Below are positions 25,868 through 35,075 of a stretch of DNA of 52,526 nt, in pieces. Numbering within the stretch: position 1 is the stretch's first letter; each line of letters starts with the position of its first letter. The stretch is from Chlamydiota bacterium (GTDB taxonomy: Bacteria; Chlamydiota; Chlamydiia; Chlamydiales; Rhabdochlamydiaceae). The stretch is from contig JABDHB010000001.1 in the NCBI GenBank assembly GCA_013285775.1, forward strand, positions 1 through 52,526, written 5' to 3'. The notes beneath the pieces are model-generated. The model saw only the letters and a list, made by a program, of their open reading frames with translations. It searched no databases and was not told where the DNA came from. The translations under genes and the position numbers were made by a program.

Positions 25868-26595
25868 AAGGTAAGACAGCATTAATTACTGGTGGCACAG
25901 CTGGTATTGGAAAAGAAATTGCCCTCCATTTTATTAAGCAAGGGGCCATTGTTTGCATTTGGGGAACAAATGAACAAAGAGCGCAAGAAACTGTTACAGA
26001 GCTTTTAGCTCATGGCCAAGCAACTTTCAAAATTGTCGATGTATCCCATAAAAAATCTGTAGAAACTGCGATCAATGAACTTCTCGCTGAATGGGGGAAA
26101 GTAGATATCCTTGTAAATAACGCAGGGATTACACGCGATGGCCTTCTCATGAAGATGAGTGAAGAGGACTGGGATGCGGTTCTTGATACCAATTTAAAAT
26201 CAGCTTATAACACGTGTCAATCGATTGTCCGTCCGATGCTAAAAGCAAGATCTGGGAAGATCATTAATATTTCCTCCGTTGTTGGCTTGACAGGAAATGC
26301 GGGACAAGTGAATTATGCTGCCTCCAAATCGGGGATGATAGGATTAACAAAGGCTTTAGCGCAAGAAGTTGCAACGCGCGGTATCTGTGTGAATTGCATT
26401 GCGCCAGGCTTTATTATGACGCGCATGACAGATGCGCTGACAGAACTACAAAAAGAGGGGATTCTTAAAAAAATTCCAATGGGAAGATTGGGGAATCCTC
26501 AAGATGTAGCCAACGCTGCACTATATTTAGCGTGTGACATGTCTGATTACGTGACAGGTCAAGTGTTAACTGTAGACGGTGGAATGGTAATGTGA
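25855..26595 (+). CDS. fabG: 3-oxoacyl-ACP reductase
   Basis: 246 aa SDR: [42 protein letters not shown]. Confidence 0.95.
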   Translation: MQLLKGKTALITGGTAGIGKEIALHFIKQGAIVCIWGTNEQRAQETVTELLAHGQATFKIVDVSHKKSVETAINELLAEWGKVDILVNNAGITRDGLLMKMSEEDWDAVLDTNLKSAYNTCQSIVRPMLKARSGKIINISSVVGLTGNAGQVNYAASKSGMIGLTKALAQEVATRGICVNCIAPGFIMTRMTDALTELQKEGILKKIPMGRLGNPQDVANAALYLACDMSDYVTGQVLTVDGGMVM

Positions 26596-26623
26596 TGAAA
26601 CGAAACTCAAAGAGGAAGGAAAA

Positions 26624-26866
26624 ATGCTTATGTCAATTGAAAAAGAAGTGATTGATATCGTTGTGGAACAACTCGGCGTTGACCCAACAGATGTTACACT
26701 AGAAAAGTCGTTTGTAGAAGGATTAAACGCAGATTCACTAGACCTTACAGAGCTCATCATGACTTTCGAAGAGCGTTTTGGCTTTGAGATTTCTGAAGAA
26801 GAAGCAGAAAAACTCAAAACTGTAGGTGACGTCGTCAGCTACATCAAAACAAAGAAAGGTGAATAA
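26624..26866 (+). CDS. acpP: acyl carrier protein
   Basis: 80 aa with the [20 protein letters not shown] phosphopantetheine-attachment motif (DSLD). The start could instead be ATG 26630. Confidence 0.95.
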   Translation: MLMSIEKEVIDIVVEQLGVDPTDVTLEKSFVEGLNADSLDLTELIMTFEERFGFEISEEEAEKLKTVGDVVSYIKTKKGE

Positions 26867-26870
26867 TTAA

Positions 26871-26900
26871 ATCGAGCCCTTCATGGGCTCGATTGTTTTA
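26871..26900 (+). terminator. hairpin terminator after acpP
   Basis: atcgagccc-ttcat-gggctcgat followed by tgtttta. 9-bp stem and a short T-rich tail. Confidence 0.55.
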
Positions 26901-26907
26901 AGTATTT

Positions 26908-27105
26908 CTTCATCGCGAAGCGATTCTTTCTTTATCGCGAAGCGATTTTTTTCTCTCTTCATCGCGAAGCGATTTTGGAGTGCGCAAATTTATTTGCGCT
27001 TTTCTCTACATCGATTTATCGATGTACAAATTGGCGGCGATAAATCGCCTTGAAGAAAAGCGCAAATAAATTTGCGCACTCCAAAATCGCTTCGCGATGA
27101 AGAGA
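26908..27105. repeat. Repeat family A, copy 3 (asymmetric: three left and one right atcgcgaagcgat modules)
   Basis: Same core arms as copies 1 and 2 (..cgattttggagtgcgcaaatttatttgcgcttttctc / gaaaagcgcaaataaatttgcgcactccaaaatcgcttcgcgatgaag). The centre has catcgatttatcgatg and ggcgataaatcgcc. It lies between convergent acpP and potD. Confidence 0.9.
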
Positions 27106-27131
27106 GAAAGAATTCTTAAGTTCTTCTTTCT

Positions 27132-27167
27132 TTCGAGCCCGAGCCCGTGTGCGAGCCCGCGCCCGAT
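27132..27167. repeat. Repeat family D, solitary half-copy
   Basis: ttcgagcccgagcccgtgtgcgagcccgcgcccgatc resembles the right arm at 23195..23231, and its purine-rich flank is similar. No inverted partner is nearby. Confidence 0.7.
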
Positions 27168-27194
27168 CTTCTCTTTTCTTTTCCCCTCTTCTAT

Positions 27195-28253
27195 TCAGCG
27201 TTTAAGCTCTACCCACATATCTCTCATTTGTTGTTGAGAGACGATAGGACGGTAGAAATGAAATTTATCGAAATCTTTTTGAGAGGCAAAGATCCACCGC
27301 TCTGCTTTTGGGTCGAGGGAAAATTCGTCTAGCTTGTCTTGAGTAGGAGGGAAAAAGCCGAAAAGGTCAAAGTGATGAATGAGGATTTCAGGTTGATAGA
27401 GGTAGTTCATGAGTTTATAAACTAATTCTTCTTTGCGGCTAGCTTTGGGGATGCAGAGATTTTCTATTGTGATGAAACTCCCTTCTTCTGGAACGATAAA
27501 ATCGACAAAATCAAACAAACGCATTGTTCTCCAGATGTAGGAGCTTGAAGCAAAAACAACGGGACAGTTTTTCGTAGCGAGAAAGTAGTCTCCGCGGAAA
27601 TTTGCGTAGGCTTCCACCCATTTTTTTTGTTTAATCAGAAGATCTTTTACTTGGGTCAACTCATCTGTAGTAAGTGGGTCGATTTTATTAAAGAGAAAGA
27701 ATGTAGTTAAAAGAGTTGCTTCTGCAGGGTCATTGGTCATCGAGACTTTATACCCTCTATTTTCAAAAAGCATTTTCCAGTTATTAACAAGTGGGTGGAT
27801 TTTAAAGTAGTCCTTGTCTATTCCTAGACCGTAAATTTCCCATTCAAAAGGGATCGAATACTTGTTTTCAGGATCATATCCATGTCCTAAAAGACTGGGG
27901 GACAGCCTGTTATAAAAATTTAGTTTTGTATGGTCGATCTCTTTTAAAAGCCCTTCATTGCGCAAAAAAGTAACTGCGTAATCAGAAGGGATGATCAGAT
28001 CATACCCCTCTCCTTTTGTAGCTTTGAGTTTAACAAGGAGCTCTTCATTGGAGGAGTAGTAACTTAAGTTGACTTTGATGTTTGTCTTTTTTTCAAAATC
28101 GGCGATGATCGCAGGATCTAAAATATCTCCCCAAGCAAAGACGTTGAGGGTATCGTCTCTAAAATAAATAATTTTAGGCAAATAAAGACTAAAGAAGATC
28201 AGTAAAAGCCAGAGGAAGATAATAAAAGAACGGGTAATCCATCTTTTTAGCAT
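27195..28253 (-). CDS. potD: spermidine/putrescine ABC transporter substrate-binding protein
   Basis: 352 aa with an N-terminal anchor (FIIFLWLLLIFFSLYL). PotD/PotF-like length, and it follows potA-potB-potC in one operon. Confidence 0.8.
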   Translation of the reverse strand: MLKRWITRSFIIFLWLLLIFFSLYLPKIIYFRDDTLNVFAWGDILDPAIIADFEKKTNIKVNLSYYSSNEELLVKLKATKGEGYDLIIPSDYAVTFLRNEGLLKEIDHTKLNFYNRLSPSLLGHGYDPENKYSIPFEWEIYGLGIDKDYFKIHPLVNNWKMLFENRGYKVSMTNDPAEATLLTTFFLFNKIDPLTTDELTQVKDLLIKQKKWVEAYANFRGDYFLATKNCPVVFASSSYIWRTMRLFDFVDFIVPEEGSFITIENLCIPKASRKEELVYKLMNYLYQPEILIHHFDLFGFFPPTQDKLDEFSLDPKAERWIFASQKDFDKFHFYRPIVSQQQMRDMWVELKR

Positions 28254-29020
28254 TAGAAGATCCTCGTACGTGATTTAAGGGAAAAAAAGAGGAAAACAAG
28301 AAAACTGCTTAAAAAAAGTAGAAGCGCAGAAAGGGCATTCACGACAGGAGATACACCGGAGCGAAGCATGGAGAGAATGTAGAGAGAAAGGGTTTGTGCC
28401 GAGCTTCCTGCGCAAAAATAGGAAAGGATAAAGTCGTCAAACGAGATGATGAATACTAAAAGACCTGTTGCAATGAGAGAAGGGCGAAGAAGGGGAAAAG
28501 TCACTTTAAAAAAGGTTTGGAAAGGGGAGGCTCCTAGCACTAACGAGGCCTCAGTGAGTCTGAAATCGAGCTCTAGAAAACGGGCATACCCCATAGGAAC
28601 AACAAATCCAAGTCCTAGAACTGTATGAGCTACTACTAATGTTGGCAATCCTAAGGGAATAGAGATTAAACTAAAAAATCCTAGCAAACTCACAGCTAAG
28701 ACCGTTTCAGGAATGACAAGATTGCCGTAAAAAAGGGAAAGAAATTTTTTCATCCTCCCTCCTTGTGCAGCATAAAAAATTAAAAGAACGCCGATAGCGA
28801 GGCTAAGGGTAGTTGCGCAAATAGCCACAACAAGGGAATTGTAAAAAGCCTGCCAAAGATGGGTAGAATGAAAAAGCTCAACATACCATTTTAGGGTAAA
28901 GCTCTTCCAAGGAGAAGGAAACCCTTCTGTATTAAAAGAAAAAACAAGCAAAACTACAATGGGGACATATAGGAATAGGTAAGTGAAGGTCACCATGAAA
29001 AATTTATAAAACTTACCCAT
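28253..29020 (-). CDS. potC: spermidine/putrescine ABC transporter permease
   Basis: 255 aa, six hydrophobic helices, with an EAA-type loop (EASLVLGASPFQTFFKVTFPLLRP). Confidence 0.85.
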   Translation of the reverse strand: MGKFYKFFMVTFTYLFLYVPIVVLLVFSFNTEGFPSPWKSFTLKWYVELFHSTHLWQAFYNSLVVAICATTLSLAIGVLLIFYAAQGGRMKKFLSLFYGNLVIPETVLAVSLLGFFSLISIPLGLPTLVVAHTVLGLGFVVPMGYARFLELDFRLTEASLVLGASPFQTFFKVTFPLLRPSLIATGLLVFIISFDDFILSYFCAGSSAQTLSLYILSMLRSGVSPVVNALSALLLFLSSFLVFLFFSLKSRTRIF

Positions 29021-29873
29021 AGACCTTCTTCATTAATTTATTCATAAGCCAATAAAGAATCACTACACTTACAAGAAGCGCTGCGCAGCTTACAACAGTG
29101 AAAGCAGCTCCTAAAGAACCAGTTTCTTCACCTAAAATATAATGAGAGACAACGCTTCCCACAAACATTTGTTTATCTCCTCCCATAAGCTCAGGGATTG
29201 CAAATTCTGCAAAAGAGGGGATATAAACGAGGAAAAATCCCCCGCGAACTCCGCTAAGGGTTAAAGGAAGCAATATCCGTCTAAAAGTGTGTGACCATCC
29301 AGCTCCAAGGTCCATCGAGGCTTCAATAAGGCGTCGATCGAGCCGTTCAAGGGAGGAGTAAATGGGCAATAGCATAAAAGGAAGGTAGTAGTAGACCATC
29401 ATGATCATGATTGCAAACATCGAATTTAGAAAATGGATCGGCTCATCGATGATTCCCAGAAAACGGAGCAAATTGTTTAGGAACCCTTCTTTTTCAAGAA
29501 CGAAGAACCAGGCGTACACGTGAAGCAAAAAATTGGTCCAAAAGGGGACGATGAGAAGGAATAGGAAAAGATTTTTGAATTTATGAGACGTGAAGGCTAA
29601 AAAATAGGCAATAGGATAAGCGATAAAAAGGCATAGGACTGCATTGCTTAGAGCTAAAAGAAATGAGGATCCGATTACGCCGAGGTAGATAGGGCTAAAA
29701 AAAATCCAAAGTTTTTCGAATGTTATTCCTTCAATCACTCCTAGATCAGAGACTTTTAGAATGCTTGATACTACAATGAAAAGAAGGGGCAAATAAAAGA
29801 AAACGATCTGCCAGATTACAGCAGGCATGCCAAATGAAAAGGGGAGATGAGAAGTAAAATTTTTATTTTTCAT
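29013..29873 (-). CDS. potB: spermidine/putrescine ABC transporter permease
   Basis: 286 aa polytopic protein with an EAA loop (EASMDLGAGWSHTFRRILLPLT). Overlaps potC and potA by a few nt. Confidence 0.85.
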   Translation of the reverse strand: MKNKNFTSHLPFSFGMPAVIWQIVFFYLPLLFIVVSSILKVSDLGVIEGITFEKLWIFFSPIYLGVIGSSFLLALSNAVLCLFIAYPIAYFLAFTSHKFKNLFLFLLIVPFWTNFLLHVYAWFFVLEKEGFLNNLLRFLGIIDEPIHFLNSMFAIMIMMVYYYLPFMLLPIYSSLERLDRRLIEASMDLGAGWSHTFRRILLPLTLSGVRGGFFLVYIPSFAEFAIPELMGGDKQMFVGSVVSHYILGEETGSLGAAFTVVSCAALLVSVVILYWLMNKLMKKVYG

Positions 29874-31006
29874 CGCTCAAGTATAACCACGTTTTCTTTT
29901 TGCCAGTAAAGGTTCACCTCGTTGTCATAGTCAACAACCTCTTGGGGAAAATGTTCTTCATTCTGTTCGAATACTTGGATCCGCATCCCGTTTTTCAAGG
30001 TAATATTGTATTGAGTAGATCTGCCATGATAGACAATCGATTGGACAGACCCCTTCATATGATTGGAGAAGTTCTTTGCTTCTTTTTTAGTGATAAAGAT
30101 TTTTTCTGGTCGAATGCTCATACTCACTTCATGCCCTTCGACCATCCAAGGCTTTTTTTGGGAGAGATAAACTTTAAAGGTTCCCAGATCGGGGATTGTG
30201 ATTTCAGGATCTGAGTGGATGTTTTTAAGCTGACCTGAAAAAATATTTGTTGTTCCTACGAACTTAGCTACGAAAGAAGAGATAGGGAATTCATAGATTT
30301 CTTTAGGAGTTCCAATTTGCTCAATTGCACCATCGTGGTTCATAATAGCCATTTGGTCTGCCACTGTAAGGGCTTCAAACTGATCATGAGTGACGTAAAC
30401 AAAGGTGGTCTTTAATTTGTCTTGGAGCTCGATTAATTCGATCAGCATCCGCTCTCTGAGCTTAAAATCAAGGGCTGCTAGAGGTTCATCTAATAAGAGA
30501 ACATCTGGTTCGCTAACAATTGCCCTAGCAAGCGCTACTCGTTGTTGCTGTCCACCTGAAAGCTGAGAGGGGAGCTTATGAATATGATCTACTAGATGGA
30601 AAGATTCTAAAATTTTAAATACTTTTTGCTCAATAACGAGTTTAGGAAGTTTTTTAAGCTTTAGGCTATATGCGATATTATCAAAAACATCAAGATGAGG
30701 AAAGAGAGCATAGCTTTGAAAGACCATATTAATTGGCCTTTGGTTGATAGGGATATGGGTAATATCCTCTTCACCTAGATAAATTTGCCCCCCTTCAGCA
30801 TCTTCTAATCCTGCAATAAGCCGGAGGAGTGTTGTTTTGCCGCAACCACTTGGTCCCAATAGGGCGAAAAACTTCCCCGCAGGGATTGTTAGGTTCACCT
30901 TATCGATGATAAGGCTTCCGTGTTTTGACTTGGTGAGATTCGATAGCTTGATACTTCTCATATGACCTGTAATTCTATATTCCTCTGATTTATTTGTAAT
31001 GCTCAA
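29870..31006 (-). CDS. potA: spermidine/putrescine ABC transporter ATP-binding protein
   Basis: 378 aa. Walker A GPSGCGKTT, signature LSGGQQQRVALARA, Walker B LLLDEPL, and a C-terminal regulatory domain. Confidence 0.9.
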   Translation of the reverse strand: MSITNKSEEYRITGHMRSIKLSNLTKSKHGSLIIDKVNLTIPAGKFFALLGPSGCGKTTLLRLIAGLEDAEGGQIYLGEEDITHIPINQRPINMVFQSYALFPHLDVFDNIAYSLKLKKLPKLVIEQKVFKILESFHLVDHIHKLPSQLSGGQQQRVALARAIVSEPDVLLLDEPLAALDFKLRERMLIELIELQDKLKTTFVYVTHDQFEALTVADQMAIMNHDGAIEQIGTPKEIYEFPISSFVAKFVGTTNIFSGQLKNIHSDPEITIPDLGTFKVYLSQKKPWMVEGHEVSMSIRPEKIFITKKEAKNFSNHMKGSVQSIVYHGRSTQYNITLKNGMRIQVFEQNEEHFPQEVVDYDNEVNLYWQKENVVILER

Positions 31007-31052
31007 TTTTAATCCTTTTGCTACATTCTTAATTTCATACTAGAGAGGAAAA

Positions 31053-31997
31053 ATGGAACGACGAAAATTGGTCATTATTGGCTCAGGGCCGGCAGCTCAT
31101 ACGGCGGCAATTTACGCAGCTAGAGCGAACTTAAATCCACTGCTTTTTGAGGGGTTTTATTCTGGAACGGCAGGAGGGCAGCTCATGACGACAACTGAGG
31201 TAGAAAATTATCCAGGTTTTCCCGACGGGATCACCGGCCCAGAGCTTATGGAGAAGTTTCGCAACCAGGCTTTGAAGTTTGGCACTTCTATGCTTACTGA
31301 GGATGTGATTTCTGTCGAACTTCAAAAAAGACCTTTTATAGTAAGAGGAAAAAACACTGTAGTAGAAGCTGAGAGCATTATTATAGCCACTGGCGCCACA
31401 GCAAAACGACTTGATGTGCCTGGAACGAGGGATGGAGAGTTTTGGCAAAAAGGGGTGACTGCTTGTGCCGTATGCGATGGGGCTATGCCTATATTTCGTA
31501 ACCAGCCTTTATATGTTTTTGGTGGAGGCGATACAGCCGTTGAAGAGGCGGTTTTTTTAACAAAATATGCAAGCATGGTTTATCTCGTCCACAGACGGGA
31601 TGAGCTTAGAGCTTCAAAAATCATGGCGGAAAGGGCTCTTGCAAACCCTAAAATCAAGCCTATTTGGAACACTGTTCTTGCAAAAGTAGAAGGAGACACC
31701 GTAGTGAGATCTGTTGTGCTACAAGACCTCAATACGAAAAATGAGGTAAAGCACCCAGCAGGTGGAGTATTTTTTGCTATCGGCCATACCCCTAACACAG
31801 CTTTTTTAGGAGGGCAGATTGAAACCCATCCTAATGGCTACATCAAAGTAGAACCCTTTTCGACCCGAACAAATGTAGAAGGTGTTTTTGCAGCAGGTGA
31901 TGTGCAAGACCATACCTACCGGCAAGCAATTAGCGCCGCAGGTTCGGGTTGCATGGCAGCTTTAGACGCAGAACGTTGGTTATCCTACCATGAATAA
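31053..31997 (+). CDS. trxB: thioredoxin-disulfide reductase
   Basis: 314 aa. [17 protein letters not shown], redox centre [34 protein letters not shown]. Confidence 0.95.
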   Translation: MERRKLVIIGSGPAAHTAAIYAARANLNPLLFEGFYSGTAGGQLMTTTEVENYPGFPDGITGPELMEKFRNQALKFGTSMLTEDVISVELQKRPFIVRGKNTVVEAESIIIATGATAKRLDVPGTRDGEFWQKGVTACAVCDGAMPIFRNQPLYVFGGGDTAVEEAVFLTKYASMVYLVHRRDELRASKIMAERALANPKIKPIWNTVLAKVEGDTVVRSVVLQDLNTKNEVKHPAGGVFFAIGHTPNTAFLGGQIETHPNGYIKVEPFSTRTNVEGVFAAGDVQDHTYRQAISAAGSGCMAALDAERWLSYHE

Positions 31998-32781
31998 AAT
32001 CCTTTTATTACTATTACCTATCTCTCTTTCTGCCTTAGAAATGAAGCCTTGGTTTGGAGAGCTTTTCGAATTTTATTTTACGGCTGATTACACGTATAGC
32101 AGGTATAACAAAGTCGATCATGCGATTCCTCCTTTAAAGCATCCATCGAATGATCAACTCGTTCTTTTGGGCCTCGAATTTTCCCCTGCATCTGATTGGG
32201 ATGCAGATATAGAGATCGAATTTGTAAACACTCCTAGACAATCGTGGGGATACAGAAGTTTTGCTCTTCAAGTACGCAGGCTTTGGCTTGATGAAAATTA
32301 TGATGATCCTGTCTCTATTTCTACCGGTGCGAACTTTAGAAATGTGAACCATCTTTCCTTAACAGATGTGAGCTGTCCTTATGCTACCGCTTATGATTTT
32401 GAAATGAATTTTGCTATTGGAAAAGAATGGTGTCCTTGTAGAGTTTTTGCTCTCGGCGCAATTGGGGCTGGCACGGGAGGTGCTACTTGGGCAAAAGCCC
32501 ATGCAGCATTCGAAAGTAATTGGGATAAGACAAATAGGTATGAGCTTTTTGTAGATAGCCTCTTTGGCTTTGGGTCTGAACAAACCGTCGATATCGAGCA
32601 CTTTAACAGCTACGCTCATATCCATTACCAAGCAGTAGATTTGGGCCTTGCCTATACTTACGCAACCCAAGTCTGGGGGAATTTTAGCTTTTCTTATGCT
32701 CACCGCGTCTACGCTCAATCTTTCCCCGCGAACACCAACTTCTTTATGCTCTCTTATAAGCTCCCATTCTCACTCTTTTGA
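31990..32781 (+). CDS. hypothetical secreted protein, probably an outer-membrane beta-barrel
   Basis: 263 aa. Signal [17 protein letters not shown], alternating aromatic/polar strands, and a C-terminal ..[10 protein letters not shown] (terminal Phe). Overlaps the trxB end by 8 nt. Confidence 0.6.
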   Translation: MNKILLLLLPISLSALEMKPWFGELFEFYFTADYTYSRYNKVDHAIPPLKHPSNDQLVLLGLEFSPASDWDADIEIEFVNTPRQSWGYRSFALQVRRLWLDENYDDPVSISTGANFRNVNHLSLTDVSCPYATAYDFEMNFAIGKEWCPCRVFALGAIGAGTGGATWAKAHAAFESNWDKTNRYELFVDSLFGFGSEQTVDIEHFNSYAHIHYQAVDLGLAYTYATQVWGNFSFSYAHRVYAQSFPANTNFFMLSYKLPFSLF

Positions 32782-32832
32782 ACGCTCCTGCGACCATACG
32801 CGTTAAGCTAACAGGCTTGTTAACCAAGCGTT

Positions 32833-33079
32833 GAATTCCATCAGCGCAGAGTGAAGACTGAGCCGCAGAGGGCGCAGAGGAAGAGGGAAAGAGCTTTTTT
32901 TTCGCAGAGGCGAAAAAGAAAGCACATCCACTCGCTTCGCTCGGAAAATGCAGTTGCAATCGACTTCCCGAGCGCAGCGAGTGAGGATATTCTTTTTTTG
33001 TCTCTGCGAAAAAAGGAATTCTTTCTCTCTTCCTCTGCGCCCTCTGCGGCTCAGTCTTCACTCCGCGCTGATGGAATTT
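32833..33079. repeat. Repeat family E, copy 2: 247-bp multi-layer palindrome (weaker symmetry out to ~32787..33128)
   Basis: Outer arms gaattccatcagcgcagagtgaagactgagccgcagagggcgcagaggaagag / ctcttcctctgcgccctctgcggctcagtcttcactccgcgctgatggaattt. Inner pairs ttttcgcagag/ctctgcgaaaa and atccactcgcttcgctcgg/ccgagcgcagcgagtgaggat. The arms are in the opposite relative order to copy 1. Confidence 0.9.
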
Positions 33080-33190
33080 GGCATTCACTGTAAAAGCTCG
33101 TTAGGTTAATGCGTATAGGCCTGCGACCTGGGCTGTAACATAACAGCCCTATCGGGCCTAAGAATTCAGAGCTCTTTCACTTCCCTATCT

Positions 33191-33226
33191 CTTCAGTTCA
33201 GCGTTCATCATTCATCGTTCAGCGTT
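33191..33226. repeat. Repeat family F, copy 2 (solitary arm)
   Basis: cttcagttcagcgttcatcattcatcgttcagcgtt is identical to 6760..6795. It covers the last codons and stop codon of acpS. Confidence 0.85.
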
Positions 33227-33591
33227 ACCAAAGCGACTGCTGTCGCGTATTCCTTGCAATGAGACATAGAGATGAGGATGCGAGGATGGTGGAAGATTCG
33301 GGAAGCTTCAGGAGAGAGCGTGGCTTCAGGCTTGCCTTCTCTGTTGTTTAGGATTTCCATGTCTTGCCAGGAGAGAGTTTTGCCGATCCCTGTGCCTAGA
33401 GCTTTTGCGATAGCCTCTTTTGCAGCAAAACGTGCTGCAAGAGGAGAGGCTGGATCTTTATGCTGAAAACAGTAAGCTCGTTCTTTTTCTGTGCAGATTC
33501 TTTCAAAGAATTTATCTTGAAATTCTTTTATCGAGTCTCGAATCCTTTCAATTTCTACAATGTCTGTGCCGATACCGAGAATATTATTCAT
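33208..33591 (-). CDS. acpS: holo-[acyl-carrier-protein] synthase
   Basis: 127 aa from ATG 33591 (MNNILGIGTDIVEIERI...). Also FAAKEA.AKALGTGIG and ISMSHC.EYA.A. Overlaps the upstream PIN/TRAM gene by 8 nt. Confidence 0.9.
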   Translation of the reverse strand: MNNILGIGTDIVEIERIRDSIKEFQDKFFERICTEKERAYCFQHKDPASPLAARFAAKEAIAKALGTGIGKTLSWQDMEILNNREGKPEATLSPEASRIFHHPRILISMSHCKEYATAVALVTLNDE

Positions 33592-34609
33592 ACTCTTCTT
33601 CTCCACCTTCGACATCAGGGGCGTTACAGAAGATCATTCTTCCTGAAGTTGTATGTTTCACAGAAAGGACTTTAGCATCAACTGTTTCTCCCAGATGTTT
33701 GCCGCCGCCATTTACTACGACCATCGTGCCATCATCGAGATATCCCACTCCTTGTCTAGGTTCTTTTCCGTACCGCTGGATTTTGATTCGGATAGATTCC
33801 CCTGTTTGTGTGAGAGGCTTTAAAGCGGTCGAAAGTGAGTTAATGTTCACGATTCGTACCCCATCGCTTGCAGAAACACGTGTAGTTTCAGCAGTAATGA
33901 TATTCGCATCAAGAAGTCTTGCAAGGCGAAGAATTTTCTCATGAATATCTTTTACTTCAGGAAAATCGGTATCATTGTAGCGGATGTGCAGAGTTTCTAA
34001 GCTTTCAAGTTTTTTGATTGTTTCTAAAGGACGTTTTCCAAGTTCACTCTCTGCATAAAGCTCTTTTACAATGAATCTAGGAAGAACCAGTTGCCCATCT
34101 AAAAGGCCTGACGTAGCTATATCAATGACTCGAGGATCAGCAAGAAGAGAAATATCAACAAGCAAATCCTTCTTTTTTTGTCCTGCAACTGCAAGTTTTA
34201 CAAAAGGGATGCTGATATAAAACTCATCTGAGCCTCTAAGAGTCATGATTGTGCCGAGATATACACCAAATAAGAAGAGGGAAATTTTGATGATTTCTAA
34301 CGTTTGAGGCTGCATCACAATGGAGATCGAGCTAATGTCTAGTATTGCCTTAAAGATTAAAAGAAGAGCTTCTCCCATAAGAAAACCTAGGAACATCCCT
34401 ACGACCGCTATATTAAAAGCGCGAAGGTTGAACCGTTTAAAAAAGGTGTCAAAAGCGATTAAAAGAAGTCCGAAAAGCACTCCGAGCCCTACTCCGATGC
34501 CTATTTTTAAAGGCATAGAGGAAAGGGGGCTTGATACCATATAAACAGTCATGAAAAAGATGCTGAGGATGAAAAAGAAAACTCTTGTAAATGCTAGAGA
34601 AATGTTCAT
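33584..34609 (-). CDS. membrane-anchored PIN and TRAM domain protein (YacL-like)
   Basis: 341 aa from ATG 34609. About four N-terminal TM helices, a PIN-like region (LLVDISLLADPRVIDIATSGLLDGQLVLPRFIV.EL...ITAE) and a C-terminal TRAM-like beta domain (GETVDAKVLSVKHTTSGRMIFC). The longer ORF start at 34819 would overlap the divergent gene. Confidence 0.75.
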   Translation of the reverse strand: MNISLAFTRVFFFILSIFFMTVYMVSSPLSSMPLKIGIGVGLGVLFGLLLIAFDTFFKRFNLRAFNIAVVGMFLGFLMGEALLLIFKAILDISSISIVMQPQTLEIIKISLFLFGVYLGTIMTLRGSDEFYISIPFVKLAVAGQKKKDLLVDISLLADPRVIDIATSGLLDGQLVLPRFIVKELYAESELGKRPLETIKKLESLETLHIRYNDTDFPEVKDIHEKILRLARLLDANIITAETTRVSASDGVRIVNINSLSTALKPLTQTGESIRIKIQRYGKEPRQGVGYLDDGTMVVVNGGGKHLGETVDAKVLSVKHTTSGRMIFCNAPDVEGGEEEYE

Positions 34610-34661
34610 AATAGTCCTTGTAAATCGATATTTAGTTTTAAACTTAAGGATCATTTTTGTC

Positions 34662-35075
34662 ATGCGTAAACAAATTGCTATAGCACTTTCTGGTACTCTT
34701 TGGATGGGGATAGGCATCATGTTATTAACCAAAGGATTAAGACTCCTAGTTACAGCTGGAAAAGGAGAGCAAACAACACTTGCTCTTGTTTCCGTTGCCT
34801 TGCTTCTTGGTTTTATCAAAGGACGTTTTGTTCTTGCAAAAACAGTCAGAAGAGTTGTCTCAAGAATTGCTTCCTTGCCAGAGGTTACATTTACTAATGT
34901 GTACGAGAAAAAATATCTTATCTTGCTCTCTTCTATGGTTGCTTTAGGAGTTAGCCTAAAATTTTTCCCTCTTCCACCGCAAGTCTTAGGATTTGTAGAT
35001 GTAGTTATTGGCTCAGCTCTGATAAATGGAGCGCTGCTCTATATTCGTTCTCTTTTCCAATGGTCTAAACCGTGA
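34662..35075 (+). CDS. small polytopic membrane protein, translationally coupled to lgt
   Basis: 137 aa from ATG 34662 (MRKQIAIALSGTLWMGIGIMLL...) with 3-4 hydrophobic helices. The stop overlaps the lgt start (ATGA-type, 4 nt). Confidence 0.55.
   Translation: MRKQIAIALSGTLWMGIGIMLLTKGLRLLVTAGKGEQTTLALVSVALLLGFIKGRFVLAKTVRRVVSRIASLPEVTFTNVYEKKYLILLSSMVALGVSLKFFPLPPQVLGFVDVVIGSALINGALLYIRSLFQWSKP

Noticed and set aside
32744-33093. ORFs encoding HQRGVKTEPQRAQRK-type peptides on both strands (also 18837-19061 and the N-terminus of 18989-19813)
   Set aside because: These are translations of the family E palindrome arms. Mirror-image ORFs on both strands are the signature of an inverted repeat, not a gene.
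33420-33944. 174-aa + strand ORF spanning the acpS / PIN-TRAM junction
   Set aside because: It is antisense to two genes with clear family motifs, and its product has no recognisable features.
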